A stretch of DNA of 59,105 bases from a virus. Taxonomy: Duplodnaviria; Caudoviricetes. The notes under the pieces were generated by a model. It ran no database searches. It was not told the origin of the DNA and was given only the letters and a program-made list of their open reading frames with translations. Of this stretch, positions 27,663-37,721 are shown in pieces. The DNA lies in IMG/VR virus record IMGVR_UViG_3300020045_001526, positions 1 to 59,105 of that record, one strand, 5' to 3'. Made by a program: the position numbers and the translations under genes. Each line of letters opens with the position of its first letter. Within the stretch, counting starts at the first letter, position 1.

Positions 27663-28076
27663 TTAAGGGTAAAACACTCTATTTCCTGAACGTGGAGATT
27701 TAGTGGTCCAATGGCTCCAAGACAAGGTGGCATTTGGATGTTCTATGTATATTCCGCACTCTTTCAAAGATTGTAAGTTCTTCATACACCAGTTATCAAT
27801 CTTACCGTCAGGGTCATATCGATCTACAGCCCTACCTTCTTTATGACTAGACTTGGGAGCACCGATAACGCAATTCTGGGGACGGAAACCTCCATACTGG
27901 GTACCACTAACTCCAGATTTAGTAGTTGGGTTGGTTAGGAAGAGTACTCCGTCGGCGCGAGCCATCTTCTCCAGTTTAGAACAAGCTTCTAAAAGTGCCT
28001 TAGCGTTGTTCATTACTTCTTCAGTTACATCAGGATGTGTTAGGAATTTACCAAAGTACTGTTCGATAGTAATCAT
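27663..28076 (-). CDS. Endolysin, peptidase M15 family
   Basis: GGFRP, SSHKEGRAVD (H..D) and WSH zinc ligands. Confidence 0.8.
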   Translation of the reverse strand: MITIEQYFGKFLTHPDVTEEVMNNAKALLEACSKLEKMARADGVLFLTNPTTKSGVSGTQYGGFRPQNCVIGAPKSSHKEGRAVDRYDPDGKIDNWCMKNLQSLKECGIYIEHPNATLSWSHWTTKSPRSGNRVFYP

Positions 28077-28489
28077 ATCCCTCCTCCCAGTTTTAAACGT
28101 ATAGTGTGTAACACTGTTTCCCAAGTGGATACCAATATAAATCCTATAAACGCTATCAGAGCCCACGCCACGGAAGAAGTCGTGACCTTTTCCATCATTC
28201 TAGTCTTAGCTTCTGCTGATTTGATCGCAGCATCCACATATTTACCCCGGCGAATCATAGCATCCACTCCACCTAAATCCTTAAGCAGATTCTCCATCTC
28301 AGCTTCACGTTCCGTCTCGCGACGAGCCAATGGTATAATAGAGGCCGCTAGGCGATTTAAAGAGAAAAGTATCAAGCGATCCACTTCTCTGCGATCGCCC
28401 TTTAAATACATTTCTATCTCTTCGTCGGATAATATTCTGGGAGCAAATTCATCATTGAGTCTTCTCCCATAAGCGTGGTTAGGTTCCAT
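28073..28489 (-). CDS. Membrane protein (possible holin/antiholin)
   Basis: Single C-terminal TM helix, upstream of the endolysin. Confidence 0.5.
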   Translation of the reverse strand: MEPNHAYGRRLNDEFAPRILSDEEIEMYLKGDRREVDRLILFSLNRLAASIIPLARRETEREAEMENLLKDLGGVDAMIRRGKYVDAAIKSAEAKTRMMEKVTTSSVAWALIAFIGFILVSTWETVLHTIRLKLGGGI

Positions 28490-31226
28490 TATTAGTAATC
28501 ACCTGAGTTTTACGCACACCTACCGTTTCTCCAGTGTGCGGATCTTTAATGAACTCTGTAGGGGCGTTCATATGCGCCATAACAGCCCTGAGACCGTCGA
28601 CGGTGGCGGTCAGAGCGTCCCCCGTTTTAGCCTTTTCTATTTGACCTAACATATCTTGCATCTGCTTAAACATGGGGCTAAAATCCGGTGGCTCCGGGAG
28701 CGCGGAAGGAATATTGGCAACCTGATTCTGTAACTCTATCATCTTCAAACGAAGAGCGGTTTCATTGTCGTCACGGTTCTTCATCAATTCGGTCATTTGA
28801 TGTTGGGCGTTGTCCGCGTCATTGCGCTGATTAGCCATCATCTCGGAGAACTGCTTTTGCTGGTCTTCCCGCTGCATACGCTCTATTTCAAGCTTAGCTT
28901 CAAACTCTCGTTGCATAGCGTCCAACATCGGCTGCATGCCGAACTCTTTTTGTTTCTGTTGAGCCTCGGCCTGTTTTTGTTGTTGATCAAGTTGTAGTTC
29001 TTGCATCTTCAATTGCTGAGTAGATTGATCAACAGCCTTCTTACGTTCTATTTCGGCCATAGCAGCCTCAAACGTTTTCTGAATAGCCGGATCTACCTGC
29101 GGAGGAGGTTGCTTACTCTGCACTATCTTAGAGGCTTCGGCTATGATCGGCAGCAGACCTTCCATAGTTTTAGAGTTAGCCTCTTGGGCCTTCATGGAAG
29201 CTTGTAGAGCCATTTGATCAGGGCTAATGTCTTGACCTTGGGATTCCAACATAACTATCATCTGAGCCGACTGCGCGGCATACCCGTAATCTAAAATCAA
29301 GTGGTCGTTGATGTGAGACATAAGCGCCGCAAGTTTCTGTACCTCTACCTGACCCTGAGCAATCATAGGTTGAAGGATAAACATCAAATGACACTTGATA
29401 TGAGCCAGATGGTCTTGAGGTTCTACAGCCTTCAACATTTTACCTTGCATGATAGAGATGTTCTCCGTCACCGGGTCTGCCGTAACAAGTTCATCAGGCT
29501 TAGGTAAGAGTTCATCAATACCTTCTACGCGTAACAACTCGAGCATACGCCGACGAAGGGCGATCTTGTTCCATGGAACCGAAGGGTCTTGAACATCTGC
29601 AGAAGCCAACTGCATTACGCTCTGCATCTGGGCGAAACGCTGAGTCTCGCTGAAGATGTTAGGGTCGGACACTGGCGCGATATCGCTGCTGTCCAGGAAG
29701 TCTTCCGGTACGAGATCAAACTTACCTAAGTCCGCTAACGCATGTTCTGGATAGTCGGCGATAAGGCGACAGATAATCTTCAGAGCCTTACGCTGAGCGT
29801 CATGGAGACGTGCGTGGATACTAGAGAATACCTGGGAGCCTTGTTCGATAAGCGCCAGTGCCGTACCTACAGGCATGTTAGCGCCCGCATCAGCGATACG
29901 CTCCTCGGCAGTAGCGACGACTCCCTTAGCCTGGTTCGTGATCCAATCCAAGAGTTGGAACAGGACCGCGGATGGCGGGTTGAACGGAACCGGCATCATG
30001 ATTTTACGGATGTCATCCGTGCCTGCCGGTGCTTCAATCTCAGTAACCGCCGTCATATCCAGGGACACGTTCTGTCCTGAAGAGCGACCACCCTTAAGTT
30101 TGATAGCGGTTGGTGCGTTATTGATATGAGCCGAATCTAGGAGAGCACGGAGAGCACCCGTTAGCGCGGCAGCAAGACCACCGATAAGGTGTGGGAAGCC
30201 GATACCATAAGCCCCGCGCCAGGGGATGAACTTGTCCTCTACCCACCAATCCAGGCGCTCTTGACTCTCGTCGCTTTCTTTCCAGTTACGGTAGATAGCG
30301 CAAATGTCACCCGAGGGTTCATCAATATGAATAACGTAAGGTGCGGAACCATTACCTTCTACGTCCCAGTTACAGGTGACTTCATAGATGATACGGCAAC
30401 CGTCTTCATTGTAACCTGAATCTTCCTTACCTTCAATCTTGTCAGTGGCTTCCTGGGACGCCGTTCTTTCTATCTGCGTATCTGCAATGCCGAAAACATC
30501 TTTGTAGAAACCTGATTCTACCAATTCATCTATCTTTTCTTCCGTCAGGTCTTTTTCGTGAGTCACCCGATTGGACGTGTAGAAAGAATTAGCAGCGTAG
30601 GGGAGATAGACCTTGTCTACCGGTACAAACTCCATGCGTACTCGGCGACCGTCAAACCAATACTTCTCGTACTGGGAACCACCTAGCGGAAGTTGAGTGA
30701 GTAGGACTTCTTTCTCGGAGCGATACTCGGGCATACGCTCTACTAGATAGAAGTTCAAGAAGTCGCGCTTCTTGCGAGCCTTCTCTAGTTTAGCCTCGGT
30801 AGTCTCGCCTTGAATTTTAGTACGTACGGGACCATTACTTGGGAACAGTTCCTTGATAGCTCTAGCGGAGAAATCCACACACCCTTCCGCGAGCACCGGG
30901 TGAACAACTTTAGCAGCTCCATCAAAGGTAGCCCCTCCAGGCGCGTCGTCTCCGAGTCCAGTACGTCTTATTCCTTCTTCTTGCTGGAGATCGCGTTCCT
31001 TACGAGCTTCTTTGTCCTTTTCAATCAGCTCTAAAAGAGCCGTAGAAATGGTATTGAGTTCAAAGGTATCAAGCGATTCAGCCAGGTTGGAATAGAAGTC
31101 TTCATCTACTTCTTTACCGTCATCCAAATCTTCAATGATAGCGCTACCGTCATCTAGTTCGGTAACGTCCCCCATAAGTTCTGTTGAGGGAATAGGTTCG
31201 GCGGTTAGGTCTTCAGACTTAGGCAT
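28479..31226 (-). CDS. Portal protein with long C-terminal helical extension
   Basis: VVHPVLAE, ELFP..GPVRT, YG.G..HLIGG and PVGT.LAL.E.G..VFS.IH.RLH motifs; coiled-coil tail. Confidence 0.85.
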   Translation of the reverse strand: MPKSEDLTAEPIPSTELMGDVTELDDGSAIIEDLDDGKEVDEDFYSNLAESLDTFELNTISTALLELIEKDKEARKERDLQQEEGIRRTGLGDDAPGGATFDGAAKVVHPVLAEGCVDFSARAIKELFPSNGPVRTKIQGETTEAKLEKARKKRDFLNFYLVERMPEYRSEKEVLLTQLPLGGSQYEKYWFDGRRVRMEFVPVDKVYLPYAANSFYTSNRVTHEKDLTEEKIDELVESGFYKDVFGIADTQIERTASQEATDKIEGKEDSGYNEDGCRIIYEVTCNWDVEGNGSAPYVIHIDEPSGDICAIYRNWKESDESQERLDWWVEDKFIPWRGAYGIGFPHLIGGLAAALTGALRALLDSAHINNAPTAIKLKGGRSSGQNVSLDMTAVTEIEAPAGTDDIRKIMMPVPFNPPSAVLFQLLDWITNQAKGVVATAEERIADAGANMPVGTALALIEQGSQVFSSIHARLHDAQRKALKIICRLIADYPEHALADLGKFDLVPEDFLDSSDIAPVSDPNIFSETQRFAQMQSVMQLASADVQDPSVPWNKIALRRRMLELLRVEGIDELLPKPDELVTADPVTENISIMQGKMLKAVEPQDHLAHIKCHLMFILQPMIAQGQVEVQKLAALMSHINDHLILDYGYAAQSAQMIVMLESQGQDISPDQMALQASMKAQEANSKTMEGLLPIIAEASKIVQSKQPPPQVDPAIQKTFEAAMAEIERKKAVDQSTQQLKMQELQLDQQQKQAEAQQKQKEFGMQPMLDAMQREFEAKLEIERMQREDQQKQFSEMMANQRNDADNAQHQMTELMKNRDDNETALRLKMIELQNQVANIPSALPEPPDFSPMFKQMQDMLGQIEKAKTGDALTATVDGLRAVMAHMNAPTEFIKDPHTGETVGVRKTQVITNNGT

Positions 31227-31227
31227 A

Positions 31228-33897
31228 TCAGCGTCCCGATTGAATTGCTAGAATTATAGCGCGTAACTGCTCCGGCGTTTCGATTTTGTTTGGTGATACG
31301 CTCCCACCTTGGGCGAAACCTTCAGGAGCCCAGACTTGTTTTTCTATCGCGTCTATTTCATCCTGAGTCATATGTTCAGGAATATCAATACCGGCATTTT
31401 TGATTCTATTCATCTCCGTAGTATTCCAGGCATCACTAGTTCTACGAAGTCCTGTATTCTGCAAGTCACCCACGTCGCTCCACTTACCGGACTTCACAAA
31501 GTCTTGCACGAAAGGCTGATACTCATCGGCGGGTTTGAGATTACCTTTACCTTTGATTTGGACGATACGATTCGGAGGAGTCTCTATTTCTCCATTCACA
31601 TCCCTACCTGGAGTTCCCGGATAAGGTTCAACTTCCACCGTCACATGAGGTTGTCCCTTCGCATCTCTCAGCGAGTAAATACGTGACTTACCTGAAGCCA
31701 CATCCTCGCAGTAGCCTCCCACACAGTGACCCATCGTGTCGCCTTCGTATTTGAGGGCGTCTTGGAGTTCCTTGTCCACCACGTATCTAGGATCTTTTAG
31801 TTCTGCAAAAGCAGCCTCTTCCGTAGCTTGCGGTAGCCCGAGTCTATCTCCATTTGGTGTTCTAAGTTGATATCCAGTTTTACCTAAATAAGTTGAATTA
31901 GGTTCTACCGTGTATCCTTCAGGTACCGTTGTATTTCCCGTGGGTTTAATCTCCACCCATTTCAGCCCTTTCGGATTGGGAGTCGTCTCGCTATGCGGAT
32001 ACTCTTTGTGCAACACGGTTGCCGCGTTGTTAGCCTTCGCCGCATCTGCTTCAGCCTTCAGAGCCGCTCGCCACTTGTTGATAGCATCCACGCGCTCGAC
32101 GGCTTGAGGCACGGACACTTTGTCCAGCCGGTCGGCAGGGAACTGCAAGTGTCTCGGTAGTCCCGATTCAGGATTGATCGCGTTGCTGAGTTCGTCGATG
32201 AGGTGACTGAAGCCGAGGCTTTCCTCCAGCCCTTTAGGTAGAGCGTAGAACGGCGTATTCTGGTCTACCTTTTCCATCCAGGGGTTTGCGGCTCGGTGTC
32301 CGCTCGGCGCATCGCGGACAACGTACTGGTCCAACCCTTGGTCGGTTAGGTCTTCCCAGTCCTGGGCGAGCTTGGTCTTACCCATACGACTGCCCGGACC
32401 GCCCAGCACTGGAGTGCGGACCATGCCGTCAGCGAGCCTTCGGGACAGTTCGCCGTCTGGGATCCAGTCCGGCGTAGTATGCAACACCCCTCGCTCCGCC
32501 AACGCTCGCAACGGATCTTCGGGAGTCGCCATTTCATTCTTGATGTACCGAGTGAGAGGTTTATCGATCCAGTTGTTGAGACGAGCGGCCTGTTGACTAT
32601 TAGCAAAGGCTTTGGGATTCGTCTGTTGATAGGCCTTAATCAGCTCTGGTTGTAATTCAAGAGTTTGCTTGATAGGTTCATGTTTCTTCAACCCCTTCAA
32701 AGCGTCTTCCACCGAACCGCTCAACCAGTTACCACCCTTGTTCTTAATAACGTTCAGCTTACCTTCTACCAGGTCTCCCGGATAGATCATTCCTTGATCA
32801 GCATATAGCGCCCGAGGTACATTGGATGAATAACCTTCTGTGTTTAATAGCTGGTCAAGATAGCTTTCCTGACTCATGCCTTTTCTAGGTATAGTGGGAG
32901 GACTAGCGTCACCGCTTAGCGATTCAAGGTAACGAGTTAATGTTCCGGTTTCAGGATTAGCGTGAGCTACGTGCATGTTCCTACCGTCCGGAGTGTCGGC
33001 TGCTGACAACGGGTTATACGCCCCAGAGGATTGGCGAGGATGGGTATGTACTTCATCGCTAGCCTTGAACAACCCAGATAAGGGTCTAGACACCGAAGTA
33101 TCGTCACCTATCTCTACCGGCCCCACCCAACCTCTAGGTGAAGATGCTGCAGCGCGCTCTACCGGCAACTCATGTCGAGCTATCTCTTCTAACGCAGACT
33201 GTACTGGATCAGACTTGGATATTACCCGGTCCACGTTGCGTAAAGTTCGGCGAGCGGTGGATGTTGGAGTGGCTAGATGTCCAAGACCCCCTATTGCCGA
33301 AGGCATCAAAATCGCCAGAGTATCCATCACTCCCTGATTACGCCCCTGTTTTAATTGAGGCACCAGAGAACCAGTCCCACCACCTACTATCTGTAATGGG
33401 GAATTACCATAGGACCATTCATTTACCTCCTCCGGTATTTTACCGGCCAGTAAGTCTCCCAGACCTTGTCCGCCGATCAGCGGAAGGATATCAGGAGCGT
33501 TATACTGGTTCAGGCTAGACTTACCCTTAGATAGTAAGTCCGCAATAGTACCAATCAAGTAATTTCTAGGGGACTCTTTTATACTACCTCCATCTGCATA
33601 ATTGCGAGATTTCAGTAGTCTGTTGAAGTCAGCACGCTGCTTGTCTTTCAACTGATTAATCGTTATACCCCGGGCCTTGGCTGCATCTTGAGCGGCGGTT
33701 GTACCGGACTTGTAATTAGACGAATCTTGTTTAGGGTTAGCGGACTTCCACCCATAATCCTCAGGCGTAGCGGCCCCAGCATCTATCAAAGCTTTCTGCT
33801 GTAGGACATTCAGAACGTCTGTCTTACCAATGAGCGAATTGATAGACCCACCTTCAGCATAGGATTGATTGAAGGCTTTAGCCCAAGGGTTTGTCAT
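31228..33897 (-). CDS. Large polyvalent protein (JAB-like plus PcfJ-like domains)
   Basis: E...HTHP..SAAD motif; EGDTMGHCVGGY..IYSLRD..PHVTVEV..QIKGKGN (PcfJ-like); three [YF]AxGG motifs. Confidence 0.65.
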   Translation of the reverse strand: MTNPWAKAFNQSYAEGGSINSLIGKTDVLNVLQQKALIDAGAATPEDYGWKSANPKQDSSNYKSGTTAAQDAAKARGITINQLKDKQRADFNRLLKSRNYADGGSIKESPRNYLIGTIADLLSKGKSSLNQYNAPDILPLIGGQGLGDLLAGKIPEEVNEWSYGNSPLQIVGGGTGSLVPQLKQGRNQGVMDTLAILMPSAIGGLGHLATPTSTARRTLRNVDRVISKSDPVQSALEEIARHELPVERAAASSPRGWVGPVEIGDDTSVSRPLSGLFKASDEVHTHPRQSSGAYNPLSAADTPDGRNMHVAHANPETGTLTRYLESLSGDASPPTIPRKGMSQESYLDQLLNTEGYSSNVPRALYADQGMIYPGDLVEGKLNVIKNKGGNWLSGSVEDALKGLKKHEPIKQTLELQPELIKAYQQTNPKAFANSQQAARLNNWIDKPLTRYIKNEMATPEDPLRALAERGVLHTTPDWIPDGELSRRLADGMVRTPVLGGPGSRMGKTKLAQDWEDLTDQGLDQYVVRDAPSGHRAANPWMEKVDQNTPFYALPKGLEESLGFSHLIDELSNAINPESGLPRHLQFPADRLDKVSVPQAVERVDAINKWRAALKAEADAAKANNAATVLHKEYPHSETTPNPKGLKWVEIKPTGNTTVPEGYTVEPNSTYLGKTGYQLRTPNGDRLGLPQATEEAAFAELKDPRYVVDKELQDALKYEGDTMGHCVGGYCEDVASGKSRIYSLRDAKGQPHVTVEVEPYPGTPGRDVNGEIETPPNRIVQIKGKGNLKPADEYQPFVQDFVKSGKWSDVGDLQNTGLRRTSDAWNTTEMNRIKNAGIDIPEHMTQDEIDAIEKQVWAPEGFAQGGSVSPNKIETPEQLRAIILAIQSGR

Positions 33898-33925
33898 GAC
33901 GGAACCTCTGAATAGATTCCGCCTG

Positions 33926-33954
33926 ATTATACGCGCTTAATCGGTAAAAGGCAA
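33926..33954 (-). promoter_or_regulatory. Sigma70-type promoter TTGCCT-N17-TATAAT
   Basis: 17-bp spacing, about 30 bp upstream of the start at 33897. Confidence 0.65.
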
Positions 33955-34212
33955 GTCAACAGCCTTCCTCGGCTTACTGATAGGCCGCACCGGATACAGC
34001 GCACACTTGAATACGGTACAGGCTTCTACTTGCTGACGCCATGATCCGGCTCCACCCTTGTCATCGTAGATACATTCCTTACATGCCGCGTTAATAGCGC
34101 CGCGAAGGCTTAACTTAGTCGACGAGCCGGTAGAAGTTACCGTCTCGCCAGCTTCTTCGGCTTCGTCTTCTTGGTCAATAGCATCTTGTAGGTGTTCTTG
34201 TAAAGTAGTCAT
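33937..34212 (-). CDS. Small Cys-containing hypothetical protein
   Basis: AINAACKEC...C....C.LYP motif; RBS GGAGG. Confidence 0.6.
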   Translation of the reverse strand: MTTLQEHLQDAIDQEDEAEEAGETVTSTGSSTKLSLRGAINAACKECIYDDKGGAGSWRQQVEACTVFKCALYPVRPISKPRKAVDLPFTD

Positions 34213-34244
34213 AAATCCTCCTTGTAAAGCGTTATTATACCTCA

Positions 34245-35813
34245 TTAACAGGCGTAGGGGTTTTGGCGTTCGGCCTTGGATTTGTATTCCATTTCTTCTA
34301 TCTCGTCCTCATCGGTCTCGGGCATCTCCAATTGCCCACCATCTCGCAAGAAAGCCAAAGCTTGAGTGTAGGTATCCACGTAGTCGTCATGCTCAGCGTT
34401 AGGGAATATCTCTACTTGATCAATGAAAGCCTTGGCCCAGGTTATAAACTTACCAGGGTTCTTGTTTGATTCAAGAATGTAGATGTTGTCCAGTTCATGT
34501 ACGGCTGATACCGCATGGGCTCTGGCTATCTTAGACATTCGACCGGGATTATAAGGAATAGCCGGTATCTTAGCACGCCTCAAATCTTGAAGGATACTGA
34601 TACCTGAGGACTTGTTCTCCACTAGAATAGCATCAGCCTTCTTACCCTTACGTTCATTGGTCTGCCCATATAGTGAATGCCAGTCTTCTAACACCTTCTT
34701 ACGGAAGTCTGGATAACCTAAGTGATCGTCCCAGGCGTCTAGTAGAATAGCACCACGGATGCCTCGCTCCTCAAAGATACCCCATACGGTACAAGCACTC
34801 GGGTCATTGCTTGAAGTAGCATCATCATCGTAAGCACCATCATAACTCTGTACTACGTACTCGAACACCGGCAGTTTCCAGGCGGTTGGCCAGAGTTGAA
34901 AGTGTTTGATCTTCAGGATACCGCCACCCGCAGGAGCAGGGCGTTGTTGCATCTGACCGGCATAGGCTTGCTCACCTAGAGTCTTCTTGTATACGTCTAC
35001 GGTGTTGGCTCCAAAGCGTTCAGGGAACATCAGTTCCCCTTCCACCTTACGAGGATCAGTGAAGCCTATAGAGGTGCGACACTTGCGACGCTCCTCATAT
35101 TCCATGGGTAACATCAAGTGTTCATAACCTAGCATCTCTTTCAAGATGATACCGCTAGGATCCTTCTCATGGAGTCGCTGCATGATAACCACGATAGAGG
35201 ACTCATCGTTATTGACGCGAGTAGGTAAGGCTTCACGGAAAGATGATTCACAATCAGCGATAGCTGCATCACTATTAGCATCGGCGACACTCAGTGGGTC
35301 GTCTAGTATCACTCGATCACCACGAGAGCCGGTCATGGACGTGAAGGCCATCGCTTCACGGAATCCAGTCTTGTCATTCTCGAACTTGGATTTACTATTT
35401 TGGTCGGATGTGATTCTAATAGGCCACCGCTCCTGGTACCATTCAGATTGAATTAGACGACGACACTTCATATTATCTCGCACGGCTAGATCCTGTTTGT
35501 GTGCGGTGGATAAGAATCGCATACCGGGCATGTCTAGCGGACCCCATTCAAAGGCAGGCCAGAATACATTAGTGAGGAGGGACTTGCAACTGCCCGGTGG
35601 TACATTCATCAGCAACCTAGTTAAATCACCGTCGGATACAGCTTGAAGATGTAGGCAGATAGCGTCTAGCGCCCATCCCCATTTCATTTCCGTTGAAGGC
35701 TCAAGGATATGCCAGGCGTGCTTAACAAAAGACGCGAGATGCAATTCGCATTCACGTACCTCGCGCTCCCTACGCACCGCATCCAATAGTATGATGGGAG
35801 ATACTTCAGCCAT
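34245..35813 (-). CDS. terL: Terminase large subunit
   Basis: Walker A NVPPGSCKS, Walker B ILDD, MQRLH, nuclease motif HDDYVD. Confidence 0.92.
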   Translation of the reverse strand: MAEVSPIILLDAVRREREVRECELHLASFVKHAWHILEPSTEMKWGWALDAICLHLQAVSDGDLTRLLMNVPPGSCKSLLTNVFWPAFEWGPLDMPGMRFLSTAHKQDLAVRDNMKCRRLIQSEWYQERWPIRITSDQNSKSKFENDKTGFREAMAFTSMTGSRGDRVILDDPLSVADANSDAAIADCESSFREALPTRVNNDESSIVVIMQRLHEKDPSGIILKEMLGYEHLMLPMEYEERRKCRTSIGFTDPRKVEGELMFPERFGANTVDVYKKTLGEQAYAGQMQQRPAPAGGGILKIKHFQLWPTAWKLPVFEYVVQSYDGAYDDDATSSNDPSACTVWGIFEERGIRGAILLDAWDDHLGYPDFRKKVLEDWHSLYGQTNERKGKKADAILVENKSSGISILQDLRRAKIPAIPYNPGRMSKIARAHAVSAVHELDNIYILESNKNPGKFITWAKAFIDQVEIFPNAEHDDYVDTYTQALAFLRDGGQLEMPETDEDEIEEMEYKSKAERQNPYAC

Positions 35814-35828
35814 TGATCTTGCCTCTGT

Positions 35829-35951
35829 TCATAGTAGTATCCAGCTAGTAACCTTGATGAACACGTAAAGACACGCACTGTAGAACATCACAGCGACCGC
35901 CGTATATGCAATCATTACAGGTATCGCTTCAAGCCATTCAAATATACTCAT
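35829..35951 (-). CDS. Small membrane protein
   Basis: 40-aa hydrophobic ORF between the terminase genes. Confidence 0.4.
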   Translation of the reverse strand: MSIFEWLEAIPVMIAYTAVAVMFYSACLYVFIKVTSWILL

Positions 35952-35974
35952 AGGCTCAGGTTTACGATAAGATT

Positions 35975-36952
35975 TCATGGCTTCCCCACCTTCGTCAGTA
36001 GTTGTTCAAGGAGTGCGAGGTCTTTGGCCGACAGACCCTTCAGCAGCTTAGCATCCAACTTCGGTTCAGTCAGGTCCTTGGTCTCCACTTCAGTCTTGGT
36101 CGGTACCTTACGATGAACGAAGTCCAGCATTGCCTTAGCGGCCTGAATACGATCACTAGGCTTCACTTCGTCGTTACGGTAGGTATCAGCCAGGAACTCC
36201 AACGGAGTCTGTCCGGTTTGTTGAATCCACCTTACGGTTGCCGCTTGAGTGTCGTCCAGACCGTCGCTCTGCGCCGGGAAGCCGTTACCGCCGTCGGTTA
36301 GGCCTAGGGCTTGGGATAGCATCTTGCGTTCTGCTTGGATCCTTGGCGCCATCTTCATAATAACGTCTAGCGTGAGGCATTCGGTATACATCCTCGCCCA
36401 TTCACACCAGACTTCAATCACGAAGTCTTCGTCTCCCCGCAATCCATCTTCGCGAGCCTCAGGCAATTCAGGACGATCACCCCAAACATCAGCGACCAAT
36501 TGATATAGCACGTCGGTTTTCTTTACATCCAACACGCCCGGCTGTTTGCTGATTTCAGTTTCAATCGTCTTGCTCAAATGTGGAGGAATATCTGCATACC
36601 AAGAAAGCGCGTTCTGCTCCGAGACGGTATCGTAGAAGTCGGCCTTAGGTAAGGGCTTAGGCAACACCTCTTCGGAGTCCTTACGGCACCGAGACGGGAA
36701 GGCTAAAGCCCAACGTACCGTCTGTTGGTCACCTGTAAGTGTATCCCACCACTTCTTAGTATGCTTCGAGGTTTTCGGTTTAATCCAGGCTTTCGGCTTG
36801 AACCACGAATGTTTGTACTGAACGATCTGTACTTGTTCGTCACGTGGTAATTCAAGCAGGGAAAGTAATCCGGCGCGTTCAACTTCCAACCACGCCACGT
36901 GAGAGGAAATGTTATACTGTTTGTTGAACAAAGGCGGTTTGATTTTGGCCAT
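35975..36952 (-). CDS. Putative terminase small subunit with N-terminal extension
   Basis: C-terminal TPLEFL..YRN....DRIQAAKA...FVH.K motif; upstream of terL. Confidence 0.55.
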   Translation of the reverse strand: MAKIKPPLFNKQYNISSHVAWLEVERAGLLSLLELPRDEQVQIVQYKHSWFKPKAWIKPKTSKHTKKWWDTLTGDQQTVRWALAFPSRCRKDSEEVLPKPLPKADFYDTVSEQNALSWYADIPPHLSKTIETEISKQPGVLDVKKTDVLYQLVADVWGDRPELPEAREDGLRGDEDFVIEVWCEWARMYTECLTLDVIMKMAPRIQAERKMLSQALGLTDGGNGFPAQSDGLDDTQAATVRWIQQTGQTPLEFLADTYRNDEVKPSDRIQAAKAMLDFVHRKVPTKTEVETKDLTEPKLDAKLLKGLSAKDLALLEQLLTKVGKP

Positions 36953-36987
36953 TCTGTTTCTCCTAAGTGCGAATACACTTGAACTAA

Positions 36988-37359
36988 TTATACTCTTTCC
37001 AGCCTATAAGTTTTACATCCGCCACTACTACCTTCTTTTATCGCATATCCGTCCATGTTGTACTTAGCTAAACTGGAAAGTAACTTGCCAAACCTTACTT
37101 CACGACTACCTCCGAAATTAGGTATGTATTTCGCCATTGCTTCCAATTCATCGTCTGCGATATTTATCAACATAAGTATCTCACTTGACTTATACCTTCT
37201 GCCTTCCACTATCCCGCTATTTTTAATTACGTTGAATATGGATTTAAGCGGGGTGTCAAGAATACCTCCAGCTAATCTGGCTCGGTCTTGAACCGCCTCC
37301 ACCAAAGCCTCTTTCATTAGTTCAATCGCCTTATCCATTTTATCAAGATAGTTCATCAT
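36988..37359 (-). CDS. Hypothetical protein
   Basis: RBS AAAGGA; own promoter at 37385-37413. Confidence 0.55.
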   Translation of the reverse strand: MMNYLDKMDKAIELMKEALVEAVQDRARLAGGILDTPLKSIFNVIKNSGIVEGRRYKSSEILMLINIADDELEAMAKYIPNFGGSREVRFGKLLSSLAKYNMDGYAIKEGSSGGCKTYRLERV

Positions 37360-37384
37360 AATTCCTTTAGTTAAGAGCACCCCT

Positions 37385-37413
37385 ATTATACTTGGTACAA
37401 CACCCAAAGTAAA
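37385..37413 (-). promoter_or_regulatory. Promoter TTTACT-N17-TATAAT(AGGGG)
   Basis: Same -35/-10 as the plus-strand promoters; 17-bp spacer. Confidence 0.7.
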
Positions 37414-37715
37414 CCCAGTGGGCCTCAGCACCCAGTGGGCCTCCAAGTGGCCCTAAAATATTTGAGGCCCACTGCCCTCAAAAGAACTATATCTATTAGG
37501 TTTCTTTACTTACTAAGTGGGGTCAGTGGTACAAAAGGAGAGAACTCGCTCTATAAAATAAAACTTAAAATATAGCTCATAGGAGAAAGCCCCACTGACC
37601 CCCCTGGCCCACTGGGCTCCAAACCCTAACTCTCTATAGTGGTTTTAAAACACCTTCTTGCCCCCAACATAAAAGGGCCCACTGGGTTTAGCTCACTTTT
37701 ACCCAGCCCCCATAT
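37413..37715. other. Putative replication origin (CAGTGGG/CCCACTG iteron-like repeats plus AT-rich tract)
   Basis: ACCCAGTGGGCCTC twice (37413, 37430); inverted copies at 37464, 37591, 37606 and 37675; AT-rich 37550-37575; next to the primase gene. Confidence 0.6.
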
Positions 37716-37721
37716 TACCAC

